64,000 nt of DNA from Balamuthia mandrillaris (lineage: Eukaryota): positions 1 through 64,000 of the forward strand of contig JAVKOQ020000052.1 in the NCBI GenBank assembly GCA_031835245.2, in the 5' to 3' direction. The position numbers and the translations under genes were made by a program. Position 1 is the stretch's first letter, and each line of letters begins with the position of its first letter. The notes under the pieces were generated by a model. It was given only the letters and a program-made list of their open reading frames with translations. It was not told where the DNA came from and did not search any database. This document shows, piece by piece, positions 23,364-38,009 of this stretch.

Positions 23364-25972
23364 ATGGAGGAGGCTCTCTACGCACAGCAGCAGGTGGGGA
23401 TGGAGGAAGGAGGGAGTGGCCTCTACCGCTTTGTACATGATTCCGCGGTGGTGGGCTTTTCTTTTTGCTGTTTTTTCGTGCTTGCCCTGCTCTTCTTTCG
23501 GAAGAAATTGTTCAAGGACTATGAGGCCAAGAAGCTGTTGGTGCAGTTCATCTTTGCTGGCACCCTCACCCTTGGTTGCAGCATGTTTCAGCTCATCATT
23601 TTTGAGATCGTGGGATACTTGGACATAAGGTATGGCTGCCGCAGGGGCAGTCTTCCCAATAGAGAGTCAAACACACTCCCACCACGTCCTAACCTCTGCT
23701 CCATCCAAAGGTCACGGTGGTTCAACTGGAAGCTCGACCTCTACCTTATGCTGTTCAACATTATCTTTGTGCTGCCGTTCTACCAATTTTATCTCATCCT
23801 CTCTGTTTTTGGTTGGTAGTGCTGTCTTCTCTTTGCTGTTCGGTTGTTCTCTCTTCTCTGCTTCTCTTGTGTTGTCCTTTGCTCTCTGTCTTGCCTCCTC
23901 TCTTCTTACATCTCCTCTATGTTTCTGGGTTCTGTACTGTCTCTTCCTCACTCCCTGGCTCTCTTTTCGTGCTCCTCCTTCTGGGTTCCTCGTTCATTCA
24001 TTATCCCTTTTTAACGCACGCCCTGCGCACGCACGCACTCGACTCTTCAATACTTGTTGTTCAGTTACCAACCGGCGTACTCTGTTCGGCAGCGTGACTG
24101 TGTTGATGTTGGTATTCTTGTATGCGTTCTGGAAGCTTGGAGAGTCGCTTCCTTTGCTTAGAGGCCAACAAGGTTTCATTCATTTCCTTTTATCAATGCA
24201 GGCTTGCGTTCGCTGTATCTTTGTGATAACACACATTTATTAGGTGGTTTGTCTATTGAAATGTGGACGAGTCGAGTTGGAGTGGTAGGAGTTGCTGTAA
24301 TGGCCTTTTTGTCAGGCTTTGGCGCAGGTAATTACCGAAAGCAGCTGCTTTTGTGTTTTTGTTGCTAACTCTTGCAACATGTGGAATGCTTGTTCTCAGT
24401 GAAGTGCCCCTATGACTATTGCGTTTACTTTCTTGTGCGCCACAAATTCATCCGGTGGGCTGTCCTCTGCTTTCGCGCCTTCTCTCTCTCACTCTCTCTC
24501 TCTCTCGCGCTCTCTCGCTCTCTCTTCGTCGTTTCTCTGTCCTTCTTGGCTCTAATACTCTCTCCTTCCTCGCTTCCTTGATTGTTTGTTTCCAAAGGAA
24601 CGTGAACGAAGAAGATATCGCCGAGCTGGAAAAGCAATTACTGCAAACAATGGACAAAATCGTCAAAAAGAAGAAACGAATAGTTATGGCTAGAATGGAG
24701 TTACATAGAAGTAGAGCTCATGCAGAGGTAAGCTCCATTTCTCGCTTATCTTTCGTTACGAACTTTCTGACATACGCCTTTCATAGGCATATCCCAAAAA
24801 ACAAAGCTTTTGGTCGCGAATTGTACAGGGAACACAAAAGTCGCCTGCGGACATCCTTCGTGAAAATATCCTTTCGATGTTGTCGTAATTAAGCATCTCT
24901 CACACACTCTCTCTCTCACTCTCTCTCTCGCCTTGCTCTCGCTCTTGTTTGTTCCAGTCGCGCTATTATTCTTGACAAAGACCCACGTATACAAACTATG
25001 GAACAAGAAACAGAGACTCTAGAAAATATCAGCAAGGAGTTCTTTTTGGAGATTAACAACCTGCGAAATGAAAAGGCAAAATTTTCTATTTACCTTTTTG
25101 GATCCTCTTCATTCCCCTTGGCATCTACACTCTGACATTTTATACTTAATAGGACCGTTTGGTTTTCTCTCAGACAAGAAAGGGCCGTCTTTACAATATA
25201 GTTGGCTTATTCTTTGCTGCATACTGTCTTTACAAACTATTTATGGTTGCTTTTATCGATCTCATTTTCCATGGCGCAATCTCACTAACTCTTGCTACTT
25301 CATGCTGAATACAGGCCACTATAAACATCATTTTTGATCGCGTGGTTACCACAGACCCAGTGACGAAAGGCTTTAGCATTTTGTTGCACATCATAAACGT
25401 GGAAATCGATGTGCCTTTCTGGTCGCAACAGATCTCGTTTATTTTCGTTGGCATTATCATCGCCGCTTCGATTCAAGGTTTTTTGAATCAGCTTATGAAG
25501 GTACTTACCTCAACTTCTTTACATTTTCATAACTATTGCATTTACCGAATCCTCTATTTGTTTTTCTCAGCTTTTCCACGCCTACTCCAACAACGTTTCA
25601 TCCAACAGCGTTATTCTTTTTCTGGCACATGTAATGGGCATGTACTTCATCGCGTCGGTGTTGCTACTTCGCATGAATCTTCCTCTTCAATACAGGTTTA
25701 TCCTATCATGCCATCCTATTACTTGTTTCATTGCTGTTTCTTTCTGCTCTTCTTCTTTGCTTCCTCTGGAGAATGGCTGGCCTAACTTCTTTTTCCAAAC
25801 AACGAACAACAGACAAACAATAACAGGAGTGTTGGGCAACATTCAATTCAACTTTTATCATCGGTGGTTCGACTTTATATTTATTCCATCGGCATTGCTC
25901 ACCGGCGTTGTTTTTTACCTCAGCAGCCGCTATTTCTCCTCCTCTTATCCTGCTGTACACACCAAATTGTAG
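23364..25972 (+). CDS. GPR89: Golgi pH regulator / GPCR-type G protein (GPR89/GTG), multi-exon
   Basis: LFKDYE, MFQLIIFEI, SRVGVVGVAVMAFLSGFGA, DPVT, MGMYFIASVLLLRMNLP, FYHRWFDFIF. Confidence 0.95.
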
Positions 25973-26223
25973 GCAGATGATGCCTCCCTTTTCTCCAACG
26001 TTTGGACAAAATAAACCATAACAAACAATGCAGCGGTCCTGCACCCATAGGCAACACCCAAAGGCCACTGCCATCAGAAATGCAAGGCTTCACGAACGGC
26101 TACGAACGGTTATTTGTCGACTATTTATGAGTTATTTGTCGACTCTTGCTGATGACGTCAACCCAACGGTTAATTTTTCCAAAATTAGATTTCCTGGAAC
26201 AAAACAGAAAGAAAGAAAGAAAG

Positions 26224-28520
26224 ATGGAAGGGTCCCAAGGAGAGGCGATGGAGAGGTAGGTTGAGTGACTGAGGAAGCAATCGTTATTTGGTTCTAGTTA
26301 ACCGTGCCTTACGTTTGGGTTTTTTTTAAACAAAATTATTTATTCAGTTCGCACTCGCAAATGGAAGGAGAAAAATCGACTGCAGTTGAAGATCAGCAAC
26401 ACTCGGAGTTAACAAAAGATGGAATCGCGCAGACAAACACCAAACGGTCTCCAAAAAGTACGATCTCCTTCTTTTTTTGTCTCTGTAGGATTTCTTCTTA
26501 AAAGGTAGTGTTGCAGCTACTCAAACAAAGCCTGGAAACAAACGACCCTCCTTGCACCGTTGCGAGGCATGCAAGGCACGCAACAGCCTAGGCAGTTGCC
26601 TGCGTGGTATGTGCTCGTGTTGTTGCCCCAACCAGCCAACTGGCCCCTGCAAAGCCCACAGAGAGGTTGGTCTTCCCTACTACCCCCTCTTCTTGTCCTT
26701 CTCTTTTCTTCTCATTGCTTAGTCCTTCTATGCTACACTTCTGTTCGGCTTCTCTCTCTCTCGCTCTCCCCTCTCTGTCTCTCTCTGTCTCCCTGTGTCT
26801 ATCTCCCTCTCTGTCTCTCTCTCACTCGACTATGTTTCTAACATTGCATTCTGCTAGAGCTATCTTAAAACACAAGCTAGAAATCGTAAAAAGGGTATCT
26901 TTAAAAGCAACAGTGGCAACATGACACTGAGAATGGCGAATCCTCAAACAGCTTCCTCCGCCGTTAGTCTGAAAGGGCTAGAAACAGGCGATATCGCCTC
27001 TCAAGCACAAAACAATCTGACCAAAGGAAACGATGCCGAAGTAGCAGTTGACATATCTTCAGCAATGGTTGAGACCGTCTCCACTCCAAGTGGTTCTCTT
27101 TCACCGTCAGCAGCAGCTGATGAAGCAGGAAACAAGAGTGAGAAACGAAGAGAAGCTTCTAGCCGAAACAAAGGACAACTGGATGGACAGGAAGCACGAC
27201 GGAAAAAGAAAGAGAAGAGAAGAGCAATGCAACAAGCACAGGATCGCATTGCAGAGGATGCACTAACAGGTGAAGACGCCAATACTTACAGTACTAAGCT
27301 ACACGAGGGAGAGGGTGTCGGTGAAACAGAAAACGGAAGCAAAAGAGATCAACAATTTGTCACCGGCAAAAGGAAGTTTATGTCTCGGGAAAGTAAAACG
27401 AAGAGGCATAAATTCGCAGCACTTGAGTAAGCCATCCTTTTTCTCCTCCTTAGACTATTTCTCCTCCTCGTCCTTCTTTCTTTCTTCTTTCTTCTTTCTT
27501 TCTTCTTTCTTTTCTACTTTTACTTTACTTTAGTTGTCAGACTTCTTACTAACAACACCTACCTGTTCTGCGGGTTAGGCGGGATGAACCCATGAGCTAT
27601 CAAGACAAACGCAGACTTTGTAGAGACGTGACACAGCTGTCCCTTGAGCATCTGCAACAAATAATGAAGATCATAAGCAACCAAATGCCGGACCATTTTG
27701 GCGAGGTACGCTCCGATCCTCTTTTATTGCTAGCCGAAATCGCATTTCTTTTCTCTTCACCGTTCTCTTCTCTTATCTTCGGTGTTCTCGCTTCTCTTCG
27801 TCGTTCTCTTTTACCTTTCTGTTCTTTCTTTTGTTGCCCCGCTAATTAATTTTGCAACCCCAAGGCTCAAATGGCGGCAGAGACGTTGGACGTGGACATG
27901 TCAATGTTGTCTGATGCGACCCTTCAACTTGTTGAGCAGTACGTCTACGCAGTTACGCCGAAGCACAAGCGTACTGTTGGCACCCACAAAATCATTTACA
28001 AGAGATCCACAGCAACACCATCCAACAATGCTACCAAGACAAGCAAAACCCAGAAAGAGAAAAAGAGTTCGATGCGGAAAAGTCTTGGAAGAGGTTACAA
28101 ATCCAGTGCCTTTGAGTTCAACTCAGACAGCGAGAAGGAGGCCAACCGAAAGTTTGCCGAAGAGAAGAGACAATTATCCTCCAGTGCATCAAAAAGCAGA
28201 AAAAGTAGTGGTAACAACTTGGCGCTACCTCCTCGGATGCCAGAACAACAATCGCCTGCATCGCGGCCACGTAGAACACGCAAGAAGAGGCTGTTCCATC
28301 GACACGAACCTGACAGCTTCTCCTCTCGAGATGACGATACATCCATTTTGGACGAGCTTCTTCAGGAATGCCTGGAATTGTTGAAAAGGCTAATGGCTCA
28401 CCAATACGGTTACATTTTCAATCAACCCGTCGATCCCGTTCGTCTCGAAATCCCCGATTATTTTGACATCATTAAGAACCCTATGGATCTTGGCACTGTC
28501 CTTGTTCGTCTCTTCTCTCT

Positions 28521-28555
<35 letters not shown>

Positions 28556-28988
28556 ATCATCCCCATCGTTCTCGTTTTAGCAACAACTAAAATCAGGACA
28601 CTACGAGACACCCTCCGAGTTTGCTGCTGACGTACGGCTGGTATGGTCAAATGCGATGTTATACAACCCTCCAGGAGGGGGCGGCATTCATGAGATTGCT
28701 CAAGAGCTTTCGGAGCTGTTCGAGCAAGAGTATAAGCCCATTGCAAAACGCGAGACCAAACGGAAGCAACGGCTCCAAGAGAGAGAAATACAAGAGCGTG
28801 AAGCTGCTGAGCAACGACTAAAAGAAGCAGAGGAGAAGCAAAGACTTAAGGCTGCCGCGGGACACGATAATGACAAAAAGGCGGAAGCTCAACCAATGAA
28901 CCATGAGGAACAGGAAGAGAGCCTGTTGCAACAAGAGGAGTCAATGGCGCTAGAAGCACCAACAGAGTTGAGTGAAGAGCGGTACTAG
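26224..28988 (+). CDS. Bromodomain protein with an ET (NET) domain N-terminal to the bromodomain; start uncertain
   Basis: [18 protein letters not shown]...[20 protein letters not shown]; bromo: [38 protein letters not shown]. Confidence 0.85.
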
Positions 28989-29158
28989 CACCAACCCTTT
29001 AGCAAGATACACCTTTACAAAAACATAAGAACACTACCCAGAGTTTGTATCAAAACATGAGAGAGAGAGAGAGAGAGAAAGTGTAAGAGAACCTTTGTAA
29101 AGCATGCGTTTGTTAAAGAAAAAAAGAGGAAAACAGCGCTGTTGTGTGTGTGGGCTGC

Positions 29159-31383
29159 TTAGATCAAAACAAAGGACGTTTCCTGGTGCAAGCGAGTCCA
29201 CATTTCCTGTGAGACATGGGTGGCACGGAGACCTGCAACATACCTCAAGTTACAGGTGGTGCCTTCCTCTTCGGTCTTCGCAATAGAAAGAAGACACTCT
29301 CCTACTTCGTCAGTTACGCTTGTGCCCTTCACATCCAGCTTTCGCAGGTTTGAACGGCTCTTGATGATGTTGCAAATGCCACTATCGGTCACATCCGTGA
29401 AAGCCACGTTGAGATAGACGAGCCCTTCGCAACGAGCTACAAGCAACTCGAGGCAATCATCGTCGATGTCGTGACATCTTTCCAGAGTCAACTTTTGCAA
29501 GGCGGTGTGGTCGCAGCGAGCAAAGCTTTCAACCGTTGCACCAGTGATCGTTCTCGTTTGTCCATTGCCATTGCTCAAGTTGAGGCTGCGAAGACGAGGA
29601 CAGAAGGAAGGGATTTGAGCGACACTCGCATCCGATAGGCGGAAGCAGTTGTCCAGACCAAGACCGCGAAGAGAGGATCCCAAAGACTGTATCACTTCCA
29701 TAAGACAAGCATCATCAAGACGATATGCTTCGCTCAGCTTTAGATCTGCATATTTTGTTAAAAGACTCCAGTTTAAAACAAACAAATGGAACAAAGATAG
29801 ATGATAATAAAGCAAACCTCGAAGGTTGGTACAGTGTTTTGCGATGGCACGAATAGCGGCAGGACTTGGATTGACACCCTTCAGCTTGAGTTTTCGCAGG
29901 TGGGTGTTGAAGGTCTCTGCCACCTGAATCAGCCCGTCGTGGCCGCTTGTTTTGGTCACATTATCCAGGATCAACACTCTAAGAGAAGGCGCTTTACAGT
30001 GTTCGGACAAAGCCAACAACGAATTGTCGGTAATAGAACAAGCTCCCAAGTTAAGTTCTTCGATGCTTCCACATACTTTCATCAACTTTAGCAAGTCGGG
30101 GTATAACGAAAAGTCAGCAAAGAGAGAAGTCTCTCGTATTTGAGGTAAAAGAGGGAGACGCACAGGAACGATGGAATGATCGGTTAGTTGGGTACAGCCA
30201 CCGAGATAAAGCTCCTCCAAATCGGAGAGATGGTTCGCTAGTTCTATCATCGACTTATCGGTAATTTTCTTGCATTGGCTTAAGTATAGCCTCTTCAAGT
30301 TTCTGCATTGACGCACCACTTACAAAGCAACAAGTCAATAAGACAATCTAAAAGACAGAAGGAGCAGAGAAAAGCAAATGAGCTTACAGGAAATGATGAA
30401 GGCGTCATCTACAGCGCGCAACAAATGTGCGTCCAACCAGCGCAACTCAGGACAGGCGGCAGCAATTGCATATAGCCCCTCCATCACTTTGTTACACCGA
30501 GCCACTCCCAACACTGCAACCACGAATGAGCAAAAGACAATGAGACTAGAGAGGAGAGAGGAGAGAGAGGAGGGAGGGGAGAGAGAGAGAGAGAGAGAGA
30601 GACAAACCCCGAAGGTTGCGGCAATGTTCTGCGATTTGGATGAGAGAATTGCTAGTGAGCCTGTGGCAGCCATTCATCAAGAAGACAGTGATCATAGGAC
30701 AACGAGCCGCCAGGTAAGAGACACCTTCATCCGTAACACCTCGGCAGCCGCTGATCGTCAGCTCTTGAAGCTTAGGGCAACCATCGGCAACCGCACGCAG
30801 CGTTTGGTCAGAGAGACGCAAGCATTGCTTGATGGTCAGGCAGCGAAGGTTGCTGCAGGAACGCTCCGCCACCGTAGTTGCAAAGTAGGAGTCGTCCACC
30901 CATTGAGCATTGAGCAGACAGAGAGATTGCAGTCCTTCCACCAGGAATGCACGCAGAGGTAGCGGTTCTTTGTCGCTGTACCTCCGACGTCTGTTTTGTT
31001 GTTGAGATAGAGGAAAATGTTAGAGCAAGAGCAAGAGCAAGAGCAAGAGCAAGAGCAAGAGCAAGAGCAAGAGCAAGAGCAAGAGCAAGAGCAAGAGCAA
31101 GAGCAAGAGCAAGAGCAAGAGCAAAGAGGAGACTACGAAACTGATAACTAGAGCTAGAGCCCAACGTTCGGGTCAAGATGAGTTGTCTCAGCTCCTCAGG
31201 AATGGAAGCCACGAGAGAGGAACGGTTCTCGAGGCAGCGCCAAGGCTCCTTCTTTATGCGCTCCACGCAAAGGTCCAACAACGAGAAGAAGGTGCGTCCC
31301 TTCCGCCCAAAGAAGGAAGAAGAGGGGGAGGAGGGACCTTCCTCTTCTCCTCGTTGTTGCGATGAATGTTGTGTGTTCTCCAT
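29159..31383 (-). CDS. Cysteine-containing LRR protein (FBXL/AMN1-like), multi-exon
   Basis: Repeated CxxLxxLxlxxCxxitD; N-terminal SLLDLC..IPEELRQLIL. Confidence 0.9.
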
Positions 31384-31940
31384 TTTTGATTGAAAAAAAA
31401 AGGTAGTGAACAAAAAGAGAGCTGCGAAATCACAGTCGCTTTTTGTTTCGAGGAAGTGGATGGTTGATGGATTTGTGTTTTTTTTCACCACCCTCAACAC
31501 CCAGTTATCGTATTGTTCATGTTTGAGGCACGATCGAAAGCGAGTTTGATGAGATTCAAAAGGAGAGGTCTCCCCTTGGAAAAAAAAAAGTGGTTTTTTG
31601 ATTTGTGATTAGCAGCACATTTTGTGAGCAAACAGGTACGAAAAAAAAAAAAAAGAAGAATCGAGGGAGGAAGAATATTCTTTTTATATTCTATTCTACG
31701 CTCCGAAGAAAAATTTCGCTGCACATTTTTCTTCAGCTCTTCTCATCTTCTTCGCGCAATTCTTCCCGCTTTCTTCTTAGTTCTTTTCGATGTCGATCAG
31801 TGATCTACATCCAATGGGTTTTCATAGATTGATCTTATTTAATATAACGATCCAATAAAAATTCAAACAGGTGCCGCTTCAAAACTAATATGTCATTAGC
31901 TAACATTCTTCGTAACATGCGTGCTCTTGGCACAATTCCG

Positions 31941-34218
31941 CTATCGCCTCGGCCATGAAACTAGAGGCACTACCCACGTTTTGTTTTTCCCCCCTGTTCG
32001 CAAGAAAAACAACTGACCTAAGAACAAGAAGCAACGCAACAGCAACAACAACAATGGCAGCTCATTCTGAAACAAGCAAGGACCTTGCACATAATTTGCG
32101 AAAAAGAGGGTGAGAAGGAGCTCAGCCTGGACGGTCCTCTCAGAGGCACCACAACAAAGGAGGAGCAAGCGGAGGAGGCTGCCAGAGGAGTTCATTTCAA
32201 AGAGGACGCAGAGGGTCCACTTTGGAGGTCTGTAGCTGTAGTAAGGTTGCCTCGATGAACTATACTCAAACAAAGAAAAAGAGTAAGAATGAGACAGAGG
32301 TAAATTACTCTAATTTCTGTTGTTTGCGCATCGAAAGGCAGCGGGCGATGCACCACGCTATCAAAACGGCACACAAGCAAACCGTCCAAACAATCACAGC
32401 CACCAACAATCCAACAACGTAACGCATTGGAATGAACGGACATTCCACATAGTTGTATCTGTAGGATTCTTCGTTCTGTGCTTCCTCATTTTTGTCGGCG
32501 GTGGATATGATTTCGAACAGAGAGGCATGACCGCCATAGTCTCCCATCACCGAGCGAAGAGTGTACTCCGTTGTATGTTCGTTGTGGGCATAAGTGCAGC
32601 CCTCATGATCATGTCCACTATTTCAAGGTAAAAAGTGTTTATAGATCGAATAAAGTAACAAATAAAAAAAGGAAAGCAGTACAACAAGGCGAACCTGAAT
32701 ATGAACCGAGGCTTCAAATGTTCCAATAAATACTTTGATGAATCTGGCTCCAAATACTTTTGTTCTTTTATGTGACCATTCCTTTTTTTACAAAAAGAAG
32801 CGGGAGCGCGAAACGTAAGAAAGAGAAATGGCAAGAAAAAGCAGACAGTTAGCTATGTTGCTTCAGTGTCACAATCATGAACAATGAGAGGAACGTTCAC
32901 GTACGCATTAGTAATAGTTTCGGGGGAGTCGCAATAAGGCACGTCTTTATGTAACGGTATGTGCACGAACAAAAGTAAAGGTCGGTGCTTGCTTGCCTCC
33001 TCTAATCTGTGGATGTGTTGCCACGTTTCCTCATGCAATTCCTTTTTTTGGCAGCTGTGAGTGGCTAAAAGATAGAGCAAAGAAAAAAAAAGAAGAAGGC
33101 AGAAGGAACGAGAAAGAGAATAACGAAAGAAGAATGAAGGAAGCAAGCAACGAACTTGATTGGCGGAAGCGTCAATGTTTTGTGCATTCACCACGCCCAA
33201 TATATGTCCAGCAACTTCATACTTCGCGTTGACCGGCCCTTTAATGTTTTAGAGTTTTGGATTAAAAAAGAGAAGACAATAGAAGAAAACGAGAATGAAT
33301 GAGAAGAACAAGAGAGAACGATGAAGAGAAGAGCATGAGAAGAGAGGAGAGAAAACAAGAGAGAAAGCGAGTGACTAGAAGAACACTCACCAAAAGCGTT
33401 TTCGAATCGGGATACGAGTTTATGGTCCAGTTCGGCAGCATAGCCAATGTCATGATTGCCGGAAAGATTGACCAACATGAGGTTGGACTTCAGCTCAAGA
33501 GCAGGCTCGACGAAAGCCCAACTGTAACGTTCCCGTCGTTGGTTAAAGTCCTCCTCTCTGGTTCTTTGGTAAGAGAAGAGATCGCCCAGAAGGAAGGTGT
33601 GCGTGACGGGCGAGGCAGCGTTTAGCAGTCGCGAGTAGATGAACCGAAAGTAATAGTCGTTCAATGCGTTGTTAAACTGTCCTTTAGAGCATGTGTGGTG
33701 GTTAATGATACGGGAAAAAAAGCAATGTCAAATTGGAGAAGAGAAGGAAGAAGAGAGAACGAGAGAACGAGAGAACTGGAGAACAAGAAAGAGAGAGCGA
33801 GAGAGAACGAATGTCAGAGAGAGATGAGCGAAGGGAGAAGCAGAGAGCAAAGAGCAAAGAGCAAAGAGCAGAGCAGAAAAGCTAGATGAGAAGGAGAAGC
33901 AAGAAGGAGAAGAGAAGAGAAGTGAAGTGAAGTGAAGAGATCCAAAATAAACAGCAAGAGAGGAATGTACCATAAAGGCCTTGACGCAGTACTCTTGCTT
34001 TACCTTCCATCTTTTTGTGGCACAACCGGTGAGCAACGGAGCATGTTTACCCAATAGACAGAGAGAGTGAAGGTGGTGGTTCTAACCTGTGGGTCAGCCA
34101 ACAGGATGAACCGCGCTTCGACGCGTGGATTCGACCACTCTAACCGCCAACCGCACAGCCAAGCGTAGTTACAAAGATAGGTGAGGAGCGCCAACAAGAA
34201 GAGGCCCGTTGCCACCAT
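31941..34218 (-). CDS. Metallophosphoesterase (MPPE1/Cdc1/Ted1-like), multi-exon; ends approximate
   Basis: LLADPQ, LGDLF, GNHDIG, HIPL, TLRSVMGDYGG; N- and C-terminal hydrophobic segments. Confidence 0.85.
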
Positions 34219-34956
34219 CGTCCAAACAGCCCATGCTTGGTAGCTTCTTCCTCTTCCCTGTTTATGTGTTTTTTTTTTAAAAATAAAACGATTTTTGAGC
34301 AAAGAGAGACTATCGCCAAAAAGTTTTTTTCAAAAAAAAATTGGGAGGAGGGAGCAAAAAAGGGGCTTCATCACAAACACCTGCACGTAGTGGTGCCTTG
34401 CCTTCTTTCTTTCTCATCCTCTCGCGCTTCCCGTTGGCTACTTTGTTTGTTGTGGTGCTGACGTGGCTTCATTAACTATTATCCAAACAAGGAAAAATCC
34501 ACGTAAGCTTTTTGATCAAATTTGGAATAGAATGAGATCACGTTGTCGACAAAAACAAATAGTCTGCAAAAAAAAAAAGGGAAGGAGAAGAGAGCGGAAA
34601 GCCAGATGGCTGTTGGCCGTGCTCTGCTAGGAGCCTATCGTTAGCTGTCAAGCAGCACAGCAACCAAACGGAAGCAAGAATAGTAACAGAGGTGGAGAGA
34701 AAAAAAAAAGGAACAGAGAAGAAGAAGGGCACAGAAAGATGATAGGTCACAGCAGGACAATGCATCCCCCAACAAAGATGGGAAAAAAACACACAGAGGG
34801 CATGTGACAAAACTGACAAAGGGGAGCGATGACAGCTGAGATAAGAAAAGAGTTCAAACAAAAAAGAAAAAGGAAGGGAGCAGGTTGTACATAGTACAAG
34901 AGAGTTCATTGTGATCGTCTCAACATCTTCGAAACGAGAGAGAGAGCCGGTACGCT

Positions 34957-37201
34957 TCATTCATCCACAGAACTCAACGCCAACTCAGCTGAGGAGGATG
35001 CTAGAGATTGTGCTAATGAAGTATTATCTCCAGCTTCGTCCTCACGGCTTACTTGCTCGCCTCCACTTTGTCCCACCTTTTCTTTTCGTTCCTCTGTATA
35101 AACGATCATACCCTCTCCTTGGCCCTCTTCTCCCGTTCCAAGTTCCATCGTGTCTTCATTTCCGAGCTCGTAATCGTCGGCATCCTCATCATCAACACTA
35201 GCACTAACACCGAGTGCATCAATACCACCTATCGCAACTGTGGTCTTTGCAGAAGAAGAAGAAGAAGAAGAAGAGGAAGAGGAACTGCCCTTTCTTTTGC
35301 CATTACCGTGGTGATGATGCGGATGGTGATGGGAGTGAGGATGATGAAGGTTGTTGTCGATGGTTCTTCCCACAACAGCACTCCAATCACCTCGTTTCAG
35401 GGCCTTTGCCACCTGCCACCAAATACTGGCTGTGTTGCTGCTCACGCAAAACATCAGGCACAAAAGAAACCCCAACGAGGAGTATCCAACACACCGTAGC
35501 ACCACCAAAGGAAAGTTGTGGATATCGCTGCTAAGGCTACAATCACCATCTTCTTCATCCGTTGAAGCATCTCCTTCTCCTCCCGTTACTGCTGTTGTCG
35601 CTCTTCCTCTGCGACTCAAACAGAGTAGATAGGCGGTATAGCCCTTTTCGATGGTGGCTTGTTGGCTGAATACGCGAAGAGAGAAGGAGAAGACAAAGAC
35701 ATAGATGGCGAGGAAGAGGGCAATGAAGAGGATGAGGCGGAGGTACGTCCGGCAGACCTTGTGCAGTTGGCTCAACTTGTGACCCAACCACAGCAGCCGC
35801 AGTAGGGAGCATACAAAGAGAAAGGAGCCGACAGTCAGGATGAAACCCACTGGGAGGCCCCAACATATGAAGAAATAGGTGTCCCCACGCAGTATAGTAC
35901 AACTGTGAAAGAACGAAATGGTTACAAAGAGGAGAGAGAAAGAAACGGAAAGAAAGAGAGAGAGAGAGAGAGAGAGAATGCGTACAAAGTGGAGCCTGGC
36001 GCAAAGGAAAACTTTCCGGCAATAGCTGGAATTACCATGAATATGGCTGGTATAAGCCATCCACAAATGTGGAAGACCACTTGCACGCCCATCCTCCACT
36101 TCGTACTGTCGCTTGGAAGACGCTTTCCAAAGAACACCTGCAGGAAACTAAGGTGAGGGCTAGCTTCAGAAAGGCGAGAGGGAAAAGGAGTGAGAGGAAG
36201 AGAGGTGCAGGGACGAAGAGAAGGAGTAGCTTACAGAAGCAAACATATGAAAAGAAATAATGCCCCACCACATAGTGCTGGACAAGAACCCAAATTGGAG
36301 CAGCCAACCTTGGAAAGTACAAAGGCCGGACCGCATGGTCAAGTCCTCAATCTCGTACACAAGCGCCAATGTGGAGTTGGCAATTTCCACACCGGGTAGA
36401 AACAACTTTGTAGGTTCATCGGGGTTACCACACCATATTCTCTCGTGACCAACAAAAGTTGGAAGCACGATTGCCAAGGCTGCTATGTGAGCAGCCACAG
36501 CCGTCATTGGGACGAGATTGGAGGGAAACTGACGAAGTTGAGGATGTAGAGCATACGTTAAAACCAGAATCAGACTCCCGAGCTGTGTGTAATGCAACAA
36601 GACTAAAATTAGCTCGAGTACCTCGAAGACAAGAAGTGCACATGAAAATAGAAGAAAGAGGAAAACAAAAAAACGAAGCAAATAAAACAAGACCCACCCA
36701 AGACAGCCAACCAAGAGTCAATTGCAAGATTATGGCGTGGTTGAATTGTTCGTCGGTGAGAGTAGGAAGTGGACAAGTAAAAGCACACTGGCCAGATGGC
36801 AGAGCTTTCAAAGGAGGTACACAAGCGGCACTGTGTTCCATTGAGCTCTTCTGCTTTACATCGTTGCAACGAACGAGGTGAACATCGTCCTGACCAGCCC
36901 TTGCTTCGGAAGTTTGGCTGACGTCATAGGGCACAGTGTAATTTGTTGGCGCGTAGAGGGGCAGCCCAGTAGCGTCCATTTCGTTGCAAGTAAGCGGGGC
37001 AGATTCGTTGGGCGGAAAATACAGATCCTCACCGATAGTTTTCTTCAAGTCGTTCATTAGGTTTGTACATTGTGATACTGAGGTTGATTAAAAAGTTAAT
37101 CACAATCCTTGGAAAGAGAAATTGGGAAGAAGAGATTGGATCGAGAACAGAGAGAGAGAGAAAGAGAGAGAGAGAGAAGGAAGAGAGGGACAGAGAGAGA
37201 A

Positions 37202-37243
<42 letters not shown>

Positions 37244-38009
37244 TCAACCATAAAGAATGCAAAGATATTCACATGGTTGCAGAGGCACGGGAATGGATGT
37301 TTTCTCGATGGTTGCGCCGTCTTCAATACAAATCATCATGTAAGCCACAAAGCAAAAGTACAGTAGAACAGAAACAACTAGAACAGGAACAGCCACGAAA
37401 CGACAAGAACAAACATCGAACAAAGTTTCTTACCTGGCGCGAGTCCATCGACTGTAATACAGGGACGGAGTTGCGTGGCGCACAAGAGTTTCAGTCTCAT
37501 GAGGGCACACTCTTCGTCCGCCTCATCCTCCGCTTGCTCCGCGAAGCTCGGGTGCAAGGCGGCATTCGACACCAGTTTCTCGGTTTCCAGCAGCTCCGTG
37601 TTCTCCGGCACATAAATCATTGTTGTCGGAGCTGGTTCGTCCCAAACAAACAGAACACAGATCGTTAGTAGGAGAACGACAACAAAGAAAACGAAAAAAA
37701 CAAATGTGGATGTGTGTGCAGCAACAACAGCACAAAAACTCTTTAAAAAAAACCAAAAAGAAGCGAACCTGTCCAAGGCTCGAACTGGGCGCAAAAAGAA
37801 GGCTGTCCGTTCCATGGAACACAACTTTGGGCCAGGGCCACGGGCGAGCTCTGCGGCCGAAACGGACCCAGCACCAAGACCACCAACGTCAGCCACCGCC
37901 AAAGCGACGAGGCGCCAACTCCCCAACGCACGGCGGAGGAGCAAGAGCATCGTGGCCGCCGCCGCTGCTGCTGTAGTGTGAACGTAGCAGCAGCTCCTCC
38001 GGAGCTCAT
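34957..38009 (-). CDS. Frizzled/smoothened-like 7TM receptor with a cysteine-rich ectodomain, multi-exon
   Basis: Signal peptide; CRD (CVPW..FC, LLCATQLRPC); CVPPL..CAFTCPLP; TM segments CTFQGWLLQFGFLSSTMWW and FHICGWLIP. Confidence 0.8.

Noticed and set aside
31022..31123. (GCAAGA)n, and (GAGCAG)n at ~51630-51770, as coding repeats
   Set aside because: Both lie within apparent introns of the LRR and F-box/WD40 genes.
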